From contig CAWJKZ010000025.1 of assembly GCA_963843575.1 (NCBI GenBank), positions 160,001 to 224,000 on the forward strand: 64,000 nucleotides of DNA. Reading direction: 5' to 3'. The position numbers and the translations under genes were made by a program. Source of the DNA: an uncultured Acidobacteriota bacterium (GTDB lineage: Bacteria; Acidobacteriota; UBA6911). Below are positions 41,247-51,430 of the stretch, in pieces. Below the pieces are notes generated by a model that saw only the letters and a program-made list of their open reading frames with translations, searched no databases and was not told where the DNA came from. Each line of letters begins with the position of its first letter. Positions within the stretch are counted from its first letter, which is position 1.

Positions 41247-41705
41247 ATGGAGACGCAGTGCGTGACAGTTTTCGATCGCATCCAGCGATTGCGCCCGGGA
41301 GACATCCCATCCCTTCTGCGAATCACGACCATTCTGTTGGCGCTGCCCTTCCTCTTGCGACGACTGCCGTTGAACAGGCTTTTGCACCTTCTTGATGCTA
41401 AACCGCTCCAAGCAGCCGATTCTCACTTATCTGTCGAACGGCACATCTCCCTGGCTCGCGGGCTACTCCACTTAAACATCGGACCGTTTCGACCCAACTG
41501 CCTGACGCAATCGCTTATATTGTTCCACCTCCTGCGTCGGTTGGGTCTTCCTGTACGCATTCATTTCGGGTTGGCAAGGCGGCAAACCAGACTCCAGGGA
41601 CACTGCTGGTTGGAATCCGATGGAAAACTCATCGCCGAAAAGGCGGATCCGGCGCGCTTCTACCGGAGTGTATACACGTTTCCGGATCGTTCTCTGGTGC
41701 AATAG
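41247..41705 (+). CDS. Lasso-peptide-type B2 leader peptidase (transglutaminase-like)
   Basis: PNCLTQSLILFHLLRRLG...IHFG...LQGHCWLE, the Cys/His catalytic motifs of lasso B2 proteases. Confidence 0.9.
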   Translation: METQCVTVFDRIQRLRPGDIPSLLRITTILLALPFLLRRLPLNRLLHLLDAKPLQAADSHLSVERHISLARGLLHLNIGPFRPNCLTQSLILFHLLRRLGLPVRIHFGLARRQTRLQGHCWLESDGKLIAEKADPARFYRSVYTFPDRSLVQ

Positions 41706-41734
41706 ATCCGGTGCAATAGAAAGGAACACCCGTG

Positions 41735-41908
41735 ATGGCCGAATCAAACACCCCACATGACAGCGACCTTGCCCGCAATCTCGCAAGAGAGCGACAGGAT
41801 GCAGCTCCACGGAAATCGGACAGGAAGTCGTTTGTGAAACCTGAATTGACGAAACACGAATCTCTCCCTGAGGTGACCACGGCATTCTTCGCGACCTTCC
41901 AACCTTGA
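41735..41908 (+). CDS. RiPP precursor peptide, 57 aa (lasso-type leader; predicted core AFFATFQP)
   Basis: Below the ORF-track cutoff. RBS AAAGGA; MAESNTPHDSDLARNLARERQDAAPRKSDRKSFVKPELTKHESLPEVTTAFFATFQP*; FxxPxL-x9-T matches the lasso leader YxxPxLxxxGxxxxxT. Confidence 0.85.
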   Translation: MAESNTPHDSDLARNLARERQDAAPRKSDRKSFVKPELTKHESLPEVTTAFFATFQP

Positions 41909-42957
41909 GAGACTGCAAGGTGCCCGGAACGTCGATTCCGAACCGGCGAGTTGTGTCCCGTATTCCGCTCCCTTTGCCTTCGCACTCCGCGGGAAAGGAC
42001 TACCTGCTTCACGGCCTCTTGGTGCGTGTCGATTGCGACAACAAGCGCCTTGAACTGCAGGTCCATTCTACCCTCGAGCAGTTTGGGCTGGTGCCGTCCG
42101 ACCAATATGGAATGGTGCCTGACGTGTCCCTGACGCTCCGCACTGCGGCTGGCCGATTATGCGTTCCTGGCAAGAGTCGCCTTTTGGCCGAGCAGCATGG
42201 CATACGAATTTCGAGTGCCCGGAACGATGTCTATCTCGAGGATGGCGACAATGTCGCTCGCCTGAGTCCGCATTCGGCAAGCGGTATCGCCACGATTCGT
42301 GCGGGAGCGCCGAGAACGCGGGCGCTGCGGGGAGACCTGCTTCTCCACTGCCTCCTTCTTTTGCTGAGGTATCGGGATCTCTTTACGGTGCACGCTGCAT
42401 GTGTGGCCCGAGACGGAGCGGGATGCATGTTGGTGGCCGAGGGAGGTTGCGGCAAATCCACCCTCATGTTCGCCCTTGTCCGGCACGGCTGGAACTACCT
42501 CTCCGATGACGTCAACCTCCTTTGTCCGCGGGGTTGCGACGTGCAGGCTCTGCCGCTCAGGAGAGATCTGTCGCTGCACATCACGGCTGCTCGCAGATAC
42601 CCCGAAATAAACGATTGTCGCGACTCCATTTCCATGACTCCGGATTCGAAGCTTCGTCTGAATCTGCTAACGCTCTATCCCAACCAACTCGCTGCCGCTT
42701 GTCTTCCGCAACTACTGCTTTTCCCTCGGATCCTACGCGGGCCGACCAGTCGACTTGAACCGATGCCCAAGCCTGAGGCCTTGTGGCATCTGATCAAGCA
42801 GAGCGCTTTGCTTTTTGTGGAACCCACTATGGCGCCCAGACATGTCGATCTTCTCAGGCGGCTGGTAGGCCAATGCAAAAACTATTCCCTCGCAGCGGGG
42901 ACGGATCTCGAGAAAGACCCAGGCGCGATCTCCGGTTTGGTGGACGGCATCACCTAG
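41905..42957 (+). CDS. HPr kinase-related P-loop kinase
   Basis: TVHAACV, Walker A AEGGCGKST, WNYLSDD, LLLFPRI; start codon uncertain. Confidence 0.85.
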   Translation: MRDCKVPGTSIPNRRVVSRIPLPLPSHSAGKDYLLHGLLVRVDCDNKRLELQVHSTLEQFGLVPSDQYGMVPDVSLTLRTAAGRLCVPGKSRLLAEQHGIRISSARNDVYLEDGDNVARLSPHSASGIATIRAGAPRTRALRGDLLLHCLLLLLRYRDLFTVHAACVARDGAGCMLVAEGGCGKSTLMFALVRHGWNYLSDDVNLLCPRGCDVQALPLRRDLSLHITAARRYPEINDCRDSISMTPDSKLRLNLLTLYPNQLAAACLPQLLLFPRILRGPTSRLEPMPKPEALWHLIKQSALLFVEPTMAPRHVDLLRRLVGQCKNYSLAAGTDLEKDPGAISGLVDGIT

Positions 42958-42971
42958 AGAATTCTCGAAGC

Positions 42972-43982
42972 ATGACAGCAAAGCCGGGTATGAGATTAAA
43001 CTTCGAGCTAACCAATCTCTGCAATCTGCGGTGCATACATTGTCTTAGAGAAAGAGGGGCCCCTGGCGAGTACCTCTCTGTCTGCCTGGTCGAAAAGGTC
43101 CTTGCCGAGATGCAGTCGTACAGCAGTTTCGAGTTGGTCAGCTTTGGAGGAGGCGAGCCGACCCTGCATCCCGGGCTCGATACGATCATAGGACTCGTGA
43201 CCCGCCATGGGTATCGGTTCGCTTTTGTGACCAACGGCTGGCAATTTCAAGAGACATTCCGGATTCTGAGACCCTATCTCGGATTCCTGGAGGGAATCTC
43301 GTTCAGCCTCGACGGCGCCAACGAGGCCAGTCACGATGCCCTGCGGCTTCGGCCCGGCTCCTTTCGCCAGGTGATTCAGGCCATTGTTTTGTCTCGTTCA
43401 CAAAAAATCGCCTCTCACATAAACATGGTCGTCACCAAAGCAAATCGCACAGAGCTGGAAGACATGGCCTCACTGGCAAGCCATCTGGGTTGTTGCATCC
43501 TGGATTTCGCGCACTGCCAGCCGACGCCGGATGCCGTCGCCGCCGGGTTGGTCCTGAACTCCGAAGAGCGTCAGCAGGTGGAAGCAGATATTGCCGAGTT
43601 GCAGCGGATCTACAGGATGAAAATCCGCCTTGCGGGAGATCATCATAGCCCTTTGCGGTTCTATCAATGCCCGCAGTTGCGCATGGAGGAACTCAATGTC
43701 GACTACCGCGGCCGGCTGACCTTGTGCTGCATGCTCTCCAACTACCGGGGAGGCACTCCCGATACGGACGTGATCGCCGATCTGAACGAGGTGTCCCTCG
43801 CAAAAGCACACCTGCGCCTCATTTCCACGATTGCGGAGCTCCAACGCGAAAAGGTCACACTTCTGAACCGAAAGCCGGCAACGAAAGAGGATTCCTTCAT
43901 TTGCACGCACTGCCTCATTCACTTCAAAAAGGTGCCCGATATCCGGCGGATCCTGGAGCCGTCCCGAGGTGTGGGCACTTAG
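42972..43982 (+). CDS. Radical SAM peptide maturase with SPASM/twitch domain
   Basis: ELTNLCNLRCIHC, SFGGGEPTLHP, VTNG, SLDG..HDALR; C-terminal C-x13-G-x4-CC and CTHC. Confidence 0.9.
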   Translation: MTAKPGMRLNFELTNLCNLRCIHCLRERGAPGEYLSVCLVEKVLAEMQSYSSFELVSFGGGEPTLHPGLDTIIGLVTRHGYRFAFVTNGWQFQETFRILRPYLGFLEGISFSLDGANEASHDALRLRPGSFRQVIQAIVLSRSQKIASHINMVVTKANRTELEDMASLASHLGCCILDFAHCQPTPDAVAAGLVLNSEERQQVEADIAELQRIYRMKIRLAGDHHSPLRFYQCPQLRMEELNVDYRGRLTLCCMLSNYRGGTPDTDVIADLNEVSLAKAHLRLISTIAELQREKVTLLNRKPATKEDSFICTHCLIHFKKVPDIRRILEPSRGVGT

Positions 43983-43996
43983 TCTCTGGAGGTCTT

Positions 43997-44284
43997 ATGT
44001 CGGCTTCCGAGCAGCAATTCCGCTGCCATCCAAGCGTCGTCTTCACCCGTCTGAGCGAAAACGAGGCGGTCCTGCTGCATCTGGACACGAAAAGGTACTA
44101 CTCCCTTAATGAAACCGGGGCGCGCCTTTGGGAACTCCTCCAGGATGGAAGGGTCCCGGATACTCTCTGCGAAAAAATCCTCGAGGAATATGACATCGAC
44201 GACAACAAGGCCCGCGGCTTCATCCGGGAGTTTCTGGATGAGTTGCGCAGGGAAGGCCTTGTGGAATCCGGTGGTGGCCACTGA
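43997..44284 (+). CDS. PqqD-family RiPP recognition element (lasso B1-like)
   Basis: RBS GGAGG; EAVLLHLDTKRYYSLNETGARLWELL...LEEYDI...FLDELRREGLV. Confidence 0.92.
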   Translation: MSASEQQFRCHPSVVFTRLSENEAVLLHLDTKRYYSLNETGARLWELLQDGRVPDTLCEKILEEYDIDDNKARGFIREFLDELRREGLVESGGGH

Positions 44285-44290
44285 GGAATT

Positions 44291-45670
44291 ATGGTTCCTG
44301 CCAGGAGCAGTCTGCCCGTGAATAAGAAAACGGCCGATTCGAATTCGGCTTCGGGAGTTCCGTCTCCAGATGCATCGCTGCCTCGACTGAAAACCGGGCG
44401 ACTCTGCCCCGCCGATCAAATGCATGTGATTGAGATGCCTGCCGATTTCTTACGCAGCCCGGTGCTCCCGGAAACAAAACTGCTGCTAGAATGTGCCTCC
44501 CTCGAAATAGCGGACGAAAGGGCACGGCGAATACGGAGCATCGTCGGCGGGAACCTGGATTGGACGGCTCTTATCGAGCGAGCACTCCGGCATGGCGTCA
44601 TGCCGCTCCTGTATCGCAACCTTCTGCTCGTTTGTCCGGATGCTGTTCCCGCGTCACACCTCGAACATCTTCGGGATGTGTTTTCACGTCAATTCGCGGC
44701 GCTGCCTGCTTTTCGCGGGGCGGCTGGTCGAGATCCTGCGACTGTTGGAGGCCAACAATATAACTGCAATACCGTACAAGGGCCCCGTGCTGGCCGCATC
44801 AGTGTATGACAACCTTGTACTTCGGCAGGCCGGCGACCTGGATATCCTGGTGCATTCTCGCGATGTGTCCAAAGCCAAAGCGTTGATCTCGTCCCTGGGA
44901 TTTTTCGGATCGGGACCGAATGACCTCGGACGTTGAGGCGATTCGTGCCCGATCGGACTATGAGTTCCGGCTGGTCAGCAAAGCGGACGACCTTTACGTC
45001 GGTCTTCACTGGAACGTCTGGCCGGCGTCTCAGCATTTCCCACTGGAGAGCCTGCACTTGTGGGAACGTGTTGTGCCTTTTCGGTTCGCGGGAGCGTTGG
45101 TCCCATGCCTCAGACGAGAGGACCTGCTCATTCTACTCTGTGCGCACGGAGTGAAGGACGTCTGGCCGAGGCTCATCTCCGTCTGCGATATTGCGGAGTT
45201 GATCCGGACATCCGAGCACCTGGACTGGAATTGCACTCTCCACCAAGCGGAGAGGCTTGGGCTCAGGCGGGTTCTTCTGCTTGGGCTGCATCTCGCTCAC
45301 GCGCTCCTGCAAACGTCTCTGCCCCAATCGATCTCTAGCGGGATCGAAAAGGACGATGCGCTTGCATCACTGGTCGAAGAAGGCACATCAGCGCCTGCTT
45401 TCAGGACCGCGAGCCCCGGAGCCCCTCGAAGGTTCCCTCTACTATCTGAGGTCACGTGAGCGGTTGCGAGACAGACTCAGGGGCTGTGCCGGTATAGTAC
45501 ACCAGTACAATTGGATGACTCCCCGGATTGTGGATCGGACGGTCCTGCCGCTGCCCGCCTCACTTGAGTTCATCTACACCCTGCTCTGGCCCATGCGCCT
45601 GGCAGGGAGATATATCCTCCGTCCAGTGAGACGTGCAATCAGGACTCTCAGGCAAGGCATCGGGTGGTAG
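44291..45670 (+). CDS. Nucleotidyltransferase family protein (NTP_transf_5-like); frameshifts near 44685, 44925 and 45385
   Basis: LDWTALIERALRHGVMPLLY / IPYKGPVLAASVYDNLVLRQAGDLDILV / VGLHW...LLILLCAHG...CDIAELI / LYYLRSRER across four frames. Confidence 0.85.
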
Positions 45671-45751
45671 GGGCACACGCACAGTGATGTGGGTTTCCAC
45701 TGCCTGTAACTGCTGCAATGCCCGTTTTCTTGGGCCAGGGACAAGAGTTGG

Positions 45752-48239
45752 TCAGTTACCTCCTGCACTTACGGTCCCCCAGATATCCACAGAGAAGCTG
45801 AACCGGTTCCGGTTAGCCAGGCCGATCCTGAATCGGACGGTGGCTGATTCATTCGGCAGAAGCGTGTCGTCAGTTCCGGCATCAATCGCCTGCTTGCTAC
45901 CCACCGCTCCGTTGCCTTCGTGAGCGCTGAGAAGTTTGTTCCCGTTGGTCAGCGTCGCCACAACCGCCTTGATCGGTTCCCAGATATTCTGCTGGCTCTT
46001 GTTGGTTAAACGGGCAGTGATCGTATAGACACCAGCAGGACCGCCGTAAACAGGAGTGGTACTCAAGGAGGAGCTTTGGACCACGAAGTTCACCTTGTCA
46101 TTGATGAGCTGCAGTTGCGGCAAACCGGACAGATTCGTGTCTAGTTTGACAATAAAGCCCTCATTCTGTTCCCTGGTGCTATCTGCCGACCCTGCCCCTG
46201 CCAATCTGGGAATGTCAGGGCCTGTAAAACCTGCCAAATAGAGGTCCCCAACACTATCAAGAGCCACAGCACTGACGTATATACCTTGTCCCAGCAGCAA
46301 TGCTGATGCGAGGTTAACGCTAAGATCTGAATTCAGCTTCGCCACACAGACTCCGTCATTTGTGGTACCACCCACGTAAACACCCGTGCTTCCAATGGCA
46401 AGAGACTCATCAGTACAGCCACGAGTCCCCCCCGAAAAACTGGCAGCCACAATTGAACTCAGATCTGAACTCAACTTTGCCACAAAGCCTCCGAAGTCTG
46501 CAGCAACAGTGCTCTCGGCGGAGCCGGGACCTACGCCTGGAAAATCCGATGATCCCGTGCGACCGGATACATAGACAATTCCTGCGTCATCTAGGGCGAG
46601 GGCATATATCTGATCGATGTTGCCACTTCCACCAAGAAACGTAGCTGCCAGAATGGAACTCAGAACCGAATTCAGCTTCACCACAAACCCTTCGGAACCA
46701 GATGCGGTGCTATCGGCGGACCCTGAACTTATACCTGGAAAGTCGCCTGAGACTGTGGTACCAGCCGCATAGACTGATCCACTGCCATCTAAGGCGAGGG
46801 CTGTAACGGTCTCGAAATACCGTCCTCCTAGGAAAGTTGCCGCCACAATGGAACTCAAATCCGAATTCAGCTTGGCCACGAAGCTCTCCCCTCCACTATC
46901 ATAAGGTTCGGGGACTCAAAAGTGCGATCGGCCGAGCCTAGACCTATTCCAGGAAAATCGGCTGATCCTGTAGAACCGCCCACATAGACATTCCCTGTAC
47001 TGTCAAGGGCGAGGGCCTCAGGCGCATCTACACCACTTCCTCCAAGGAAGGTAGCTGCCAGGATTGAGCTCAGCTCTGAGTTCAGCTTTGCAACAAAACC
47101 TTCTGATCTATACGTTTTGGGTAGCCGGTATGTTTAGCAAGTATGCGATCGGCTGAACTTGGACCAATGCCTGGAAAATCCGCTGAGGAAGTAGTACCGA
47201 CTGCGTAGACATTCCCAGCACCATCAAGCGCGAGGGCATTCAATGATTCATAATTGCTTCCCCCAATGTAGGTAGCAGCCAAAATGGTGCTTAGATCTGA
47301 ATTCAGCTTCGCGACAAAACCATCTCCTCCAGCAAGTGTGAGATCTGCCGACTCCGAATCTATACCGGGAAAATTGGGGGAGCCTGTGTCACCTGCCACA
47401 TAGACATTCCCCATGTTGTCCAAGACAAGGGCATGAAGTTCATCATTATTAATTCCCCCCAGGTAGGTCGCCGCTAGTATCGGGTCGATGACAAGCTCCC
47501 GGGTCTGGTCGTACTCCCCGACCTTAAAGCTGTATCCATTGCCTCGTAGCTGATAGGCAACTTCGACTGGCTCTCTCTTTCCTCCCTGCTCCTGAGACGC
47601 TAACGGCTTTGAGAACCTCACCGTCCCTTGGTCTGTCTCTACCTCCAGTTCTCCGCTCTCGTTGACCTTAATTCCCTTCCCCCCGCTGAGCTTCATCTGG
47701 ATCGTCTCTGGCTCGGCCCCCGGCTTTACATAAAACAGCTTCTCCACATTGTTCCCATAGGCTTTGAATTTGACGTCGATCCCTTGATAGACTTCTCCCA
47801 GACTCACCCGGTCGTAGCTGGGCAGGTTGCTCTGCCATTTCGATCGGTCATTCCCCCTGAAATAGCTCACCCGGGTCGCTGTCCGGCTTTCGCCTTTAAC
47901 CTCCCTCACCTTCGCGCCGATGAGCTCCTCTCTCAGCACCACCCCCTTCGCTGGTTTCTCTCCCTCCAGCTTTGGAAGGGAGTACACCAGTTCGCCTTTC
48001 TTTGTAACCGAGACTGTTCCGGCAAACGTCCGGGCGGTGAACTTCACCTCTTTACTGCTCTGGCCCCGATTGGGGATAAAGGGAATCTGGACCTTGGCCA
48101 GCTTCTGTTTCGCCTCAGCTCCCACGGCATTCGAAGAGCTATTCGAGCTAGCCTCTGCCAGTTGCGCTATCCCCAGCGCCAGCGACAACCAGACCATGAT
48201 CTGCACCGAAAAAGTGGTGTGACAATTCCAGGTTTTCAT
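45752..48239 (-). CDS. SBBP (beta-propeller) repeat secreted protein (frameshifts near 47110 and 46915)
   Basis: N-terminal FIPNRGQ...VSYFRGNDRSKW...VYQGIDV...LVIDP, followed by repeats ILAATFLGG...ALALDxxGNVYVAGxTxSxDFPG...GFVAKLNSDLS. Confidence 0.85.
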
Positions 48240-48880
48240 ACGTCCTCCCGACGATGAGAGATATCCGTGAACCCGGTTGCGAACACGGCTCGAACCGGCG
48301 TGTTCAGAAATAAGCGTTTGTCTTTGCCTCGTTCTGCTTCGGGGGCAGGAGGAGATGTTGAATCGGGAGCCTTCTTTGGCTTCGTGTCCTTGTCGGATCC
48401 TTCGGAGTTCCCGGTAGGATCGAAAATGAACTCGAACGGATCTGGACTCGGAGCCGGCGGCGACGGGTGTCTATTGTCAGACTTCTCCCTCTTGGGAGAC
48501 ACGACGACCCGGGTGATGGTCGAGAGGGATGCGTTGGAATGGTAGAAAATGGCTACGTTTGCCAGCCTTGCCATCGCTTCGGCAAGGGGTACGTGGTTAA
48601 ACTGAATCGTTATCCTGTCATCGAAGGCTTCGGGGATTTCCATTAGGATCCCGGTCTGCTTGCCGATTTCACAAAAAATATGTGCAATCCGCGCATCTTT
48701 GACTTCGATAGAAACTTCCTGATCTTGGACTTCAACTCGAAAGGTGGCGGCGTCGGGGTGAGCGCATTTTTGTATATCGACAAGGGAACGTGCTGTATTG
48801 GGTGCGATGAAAAGCGAGCAGAGGAAAACGAATGTGGCGGGTATCTGCCACACATGATTGGATATCTTCACCATGACCAC
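48236..48880 (-). CDS. Hypothetical exported protein with secretin/TonB N-terminal (STN)-like segment
   Basis: Signal-like N-terminus; VSIEVKDARIAHIFCEIGKQTGI...ITIQFNHVPLAEAMARL; overlaps the SBBP start codon. Confidence 0.55.
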   Translation of the reverse strand: MVMVKISNHVWQIPATFVFLCSLFIAPNTARSLVDIQKCAHPDAATFRVEVQDQEVSIEVKDARIAHIFCEIGKQTGILMEIPEAFDDRITIQFNHVPLAEAMARLANVAIFYHSNASLSTITRVVVSPKREKSDNRHPSPPAPSPDPFEFIFDPTGNSEGSDKDTKPKKAPDSTSPPAPEAERGKDKRLFLNTPVRAVFATGFTDISHRREDV

Positions 48881-49328
48881 AATCTCCTTCGCTTCCGGCC
48901 ACGGGCGTGAGACAGTGCTGGGGAAGGTCTACTGTGGAATATCCAGGGGTGGTTTATCGTTCAGATAAATGCGGGTTCAGGATCTGCATGTTTGGAGGCA
49001 GGAAAGAGCCTGGAAACACCGGTCGGGAATCGAGGGAGTAAGCGAAAAACAAGATCAAACCAGCCCGGAAGCCCACATCAAACTCCTTTTAGCTGATGCC
49101 AAGCTGCTTGAACGTGTTTGAAAATCCGGAGCCAATACGTTTGCCATTAAGCACACGCGGCGCACTGATGTCAACTGTCAATATTCTCGGCCAGGATTTA
49201 CGCCGGGGAGATGCATCGCCGATACACCGACTCGATGAATTGAATCACGAATTGAGACACCGGCCAGTGTCTCACCCGAGCGGCTCTCCGCCAACGGCGA
49301 GTCATACAGTGAAAGCCGGTGACATACG

Positions 49329-49559
49329 TTGTTCGATATCCTACTCCTGATCCTCGCCGGCCGGATCAATCGCAGACATCAGGACGCAATCGAATACTTC
49401 CGAACGGTGAATGAGGTACTCGGAGAGAAGCTCGTGAAGAAACGAATCCTGCTTAACGACCACGATCGGCGGCGCATTGCCGTCAAGGGCAAGATCCAAG
49501 GGCTGAAGAGGGCCGAGAGGCTGGCGCCTGTGCCGGCACAATTCTTGCGCGAGCCCTAA
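49329..49559 (+). pseudogene. N-terminal fragment of an IS-type integrase/transposase
   Basis: LAGRINRRHQDAIEYFRTVNEVLGEKL..KRILLNDHDRRRIAVKGK resembles the N-terminus (..WINRQQ..IDYL.EENRVL...LTDDQRRRLA.KG) of integrase-core transposases; truncated. Confidence 0.65.
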
Positions 49560-49623
49560 GCAGCCTAAAGGAAAGGACCTGTGCGGTCGTTTTGGCTTTT
49601 GAAGCGGATGGCCAGAATTTGCG

Positions 49624-49836
49624 TCAGGCGGCCGGCTCGTAATGCAGGAGCAGTAATTGCTCTTCCCGCAAGGCCAGGATGGCAAAAGAGCGGCCGTCGT
49701 TGTCGGTGAACTCGATTTCGAACACACCGGGAGCCAGGAGCTCCACGACCGTTCCCACCTGCCCGCGGCGGAGCTTGCGGTCCGGCAGATCTTCGGTCAA
49801 AGCCACAACGTCGAGAAGGTTGATTCCGTTGCTCAT
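49624..49836 (-). CDS. DUF4926 domain protein (intact copy)
   Basis: INLLDVVALTEDLPDRKLRRGQVGTVVELLAPGVFEIEFTDNDGRSFA. Confidence 0.85.
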   Translation of the reverse strand: MSNGINLLDVVALTEDLPDRKLRRGQVGTVVELLAPGVFEIEFTDNDGRSFAILALREEQLLLLHYEPAA

Positions 49837-49916
49837 TCTCTTGCCTCTATAGCACGTAGCAGCTTGTCAAGCGCGGAAAATCTTCGCCCCGACGAATGAT
49901 CCCCGGTACAATCCGC

Positions 49917-50926
49917 GAAGTGAATCGACAATCGTCTCGATTGACGAAGGCACATGGCGTTCAGGCCGCACTGGCAGCACCCCGCGGCTTGAAACCACGG
50001 GGTACAGGCAGCGGCGCTGGAGGAAGGATAGAGGCTCAGGGGGGGAAAGCCGAGCTCGCTCGGCAGCAGCGAAAGCATATGCTGCTATGCATAATGATGC
50101 CGTGATGGTGAAACCCTCTCCAGCCTCGACCTTCGTAATGATCCAATCCAAACGATCGCTTCAGCTCCTCGTAATCGCGCTCGATCCGCCACGGAGCTTG
50201 GCGAATCGAATCAGCTGATCAACAGGCGTATCGGGCGGCATGGTCGACAGCCAGAACTTCGTAGGTTCCGCTTCGCCGCGCGGCCACTCGGCAATCAAGC
50301 CACTCGACCTCCGCGAGGCTCGTGCAGATCGTTGATCCCGATGGGCAGGGCGAACTCGCAAGCACGCAAATCGAGACGTCATCGAGCCGCGTGTTCCTTC
50401 TCGCCAAGAAACGTCCTGCCACAATTCCTCAGGAGCGTATTTGGCCAGCTCCATGATCGGCGCGGGCTGATGCTTGCCGTGCTGCGTCGGACTTTGCGAT
50501 GGCGGACGTCCTTGTTTAGATCTCGCTTTCGGCGGCAACGGTTCCATACCCGGCGGCCAAACCGTTGTTTCGCTTGCTAACGCCGACGACGTAGGGAATC
50601 TCGCGCAGAGTAAGACGCATCGCGAAACTCAGTTACAACGCCGTATCCCGCATCAGCCAGAATCGGCGGCTGTGGCACTCCTTCGGCAAGCAAGCCATCA
50701 ATCATGTCCAGCGCAATTTGCCATTTGGTCTGGAATGTAACATCAACAGGCACGCCTGCCATCAGCGCGTCGCTCCTCGTCGTTGGCCCAGCTTTCGGGA
50801 AGATAAAGCGATATGCTGCTGGGACGCTCACGGCTTCGTTAGCCAACGTAACGCTGACGGCGATTTGGCAGTTGTCCTGTTTGCCCAATACGCCGCAGTA
50901 TTGACGCGTAACTCCTACAGAATGCG
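49917..50926 (-). mobile_element. IS701-family transposase fragment (degenerate, both ends missing)
   Basis: HSVGVTRQYCGVLGKQDNCQ, LADAGYG, WREGTRG..SRFACLRVRPA, EWPRGEAEPTKFWLS, GLDHYEGRGWRGFHHH, RPERH across several frames. Confidence 0.88.
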
Positions 50927-51102
50927 TCTTCCCGCAAGGCCAGGATGGCAAAAGAGCGGCCGTGGTTGTCGGTGAACTCGATTTCGAACACACCGGGAGC
51001 CAGGAGCTCCACGACCGTTCCCACCTGCCCGCGGCGGAGCTTGCGGTCCGGCAGATCTTCGGTCAAAGCCACAACGTCGAGAAGGTTGATTCCGTTGCTC
51101 AT
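50927..51102 (-). pseudogene. DUF4926 protein, second copy truncated by the IS701 fragment
   Basis: Near-identical to 49661-49836; the C-terminus is replaced by transposase sequence. Confidence 0.8.
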
Positions 51103-51106
51103 TCTC

Positions 51107-51430
51107 TTAGCAGCTTGTCAACCGCGGAAAATCTTCGCCCCGACGAATGATCCAGCTGCTTCGAACCGTGCGCTCGCCGGCCGGGCCGTTCATCGTAAAG
51201 TCTACCACATACCGGGCACCGTACTCATCCTGCTCGCCCGGCTGCGCATCCTCATTCCGCAGCGCTGCAAACAACGCGTCGCGAAGGTCCCCGGCATTGT
51301 TGGCCGTCAGTCCCGGCAATGCCGCAAACAGGCGCGCCTTGTGACAGCCGCGCCGGTGAACGGGGTTCAGGCAGTAGTTCCGCAGCTTGTCCAAGTCGAC
51401 AACCGCGCCTTCAGCATTCGGTAACTTCAC
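51107..51430 (-). CDS. DUF6883 domain protein (putative toxin/nuclease); last codons lost
   Basis: MKLPNAEGAVVDLDKLRNYCLNPVH..GCHKARLF...DEYGARY...RSSWII..GEDFPRLTSC. Confidence 0.8.
   Translation of the reverse strand: MKLPNAEGAVVDLDKLRNYCLNPVHRRGCHKARLFAALPGLTANNAGDLRDALFAALRNEDAQPGEQDEYGARYVVDFTMNGPAGERTVRSSWIIRRGEDFPRLTSC

Noticed and set aside
41247-45670. Canonical lasso peptide or PQQ cluster
   Set aside because: No lasso cyclase and no Asp/Glu in the core; no PqqB or PqqC and no ExxxY precursor motif.
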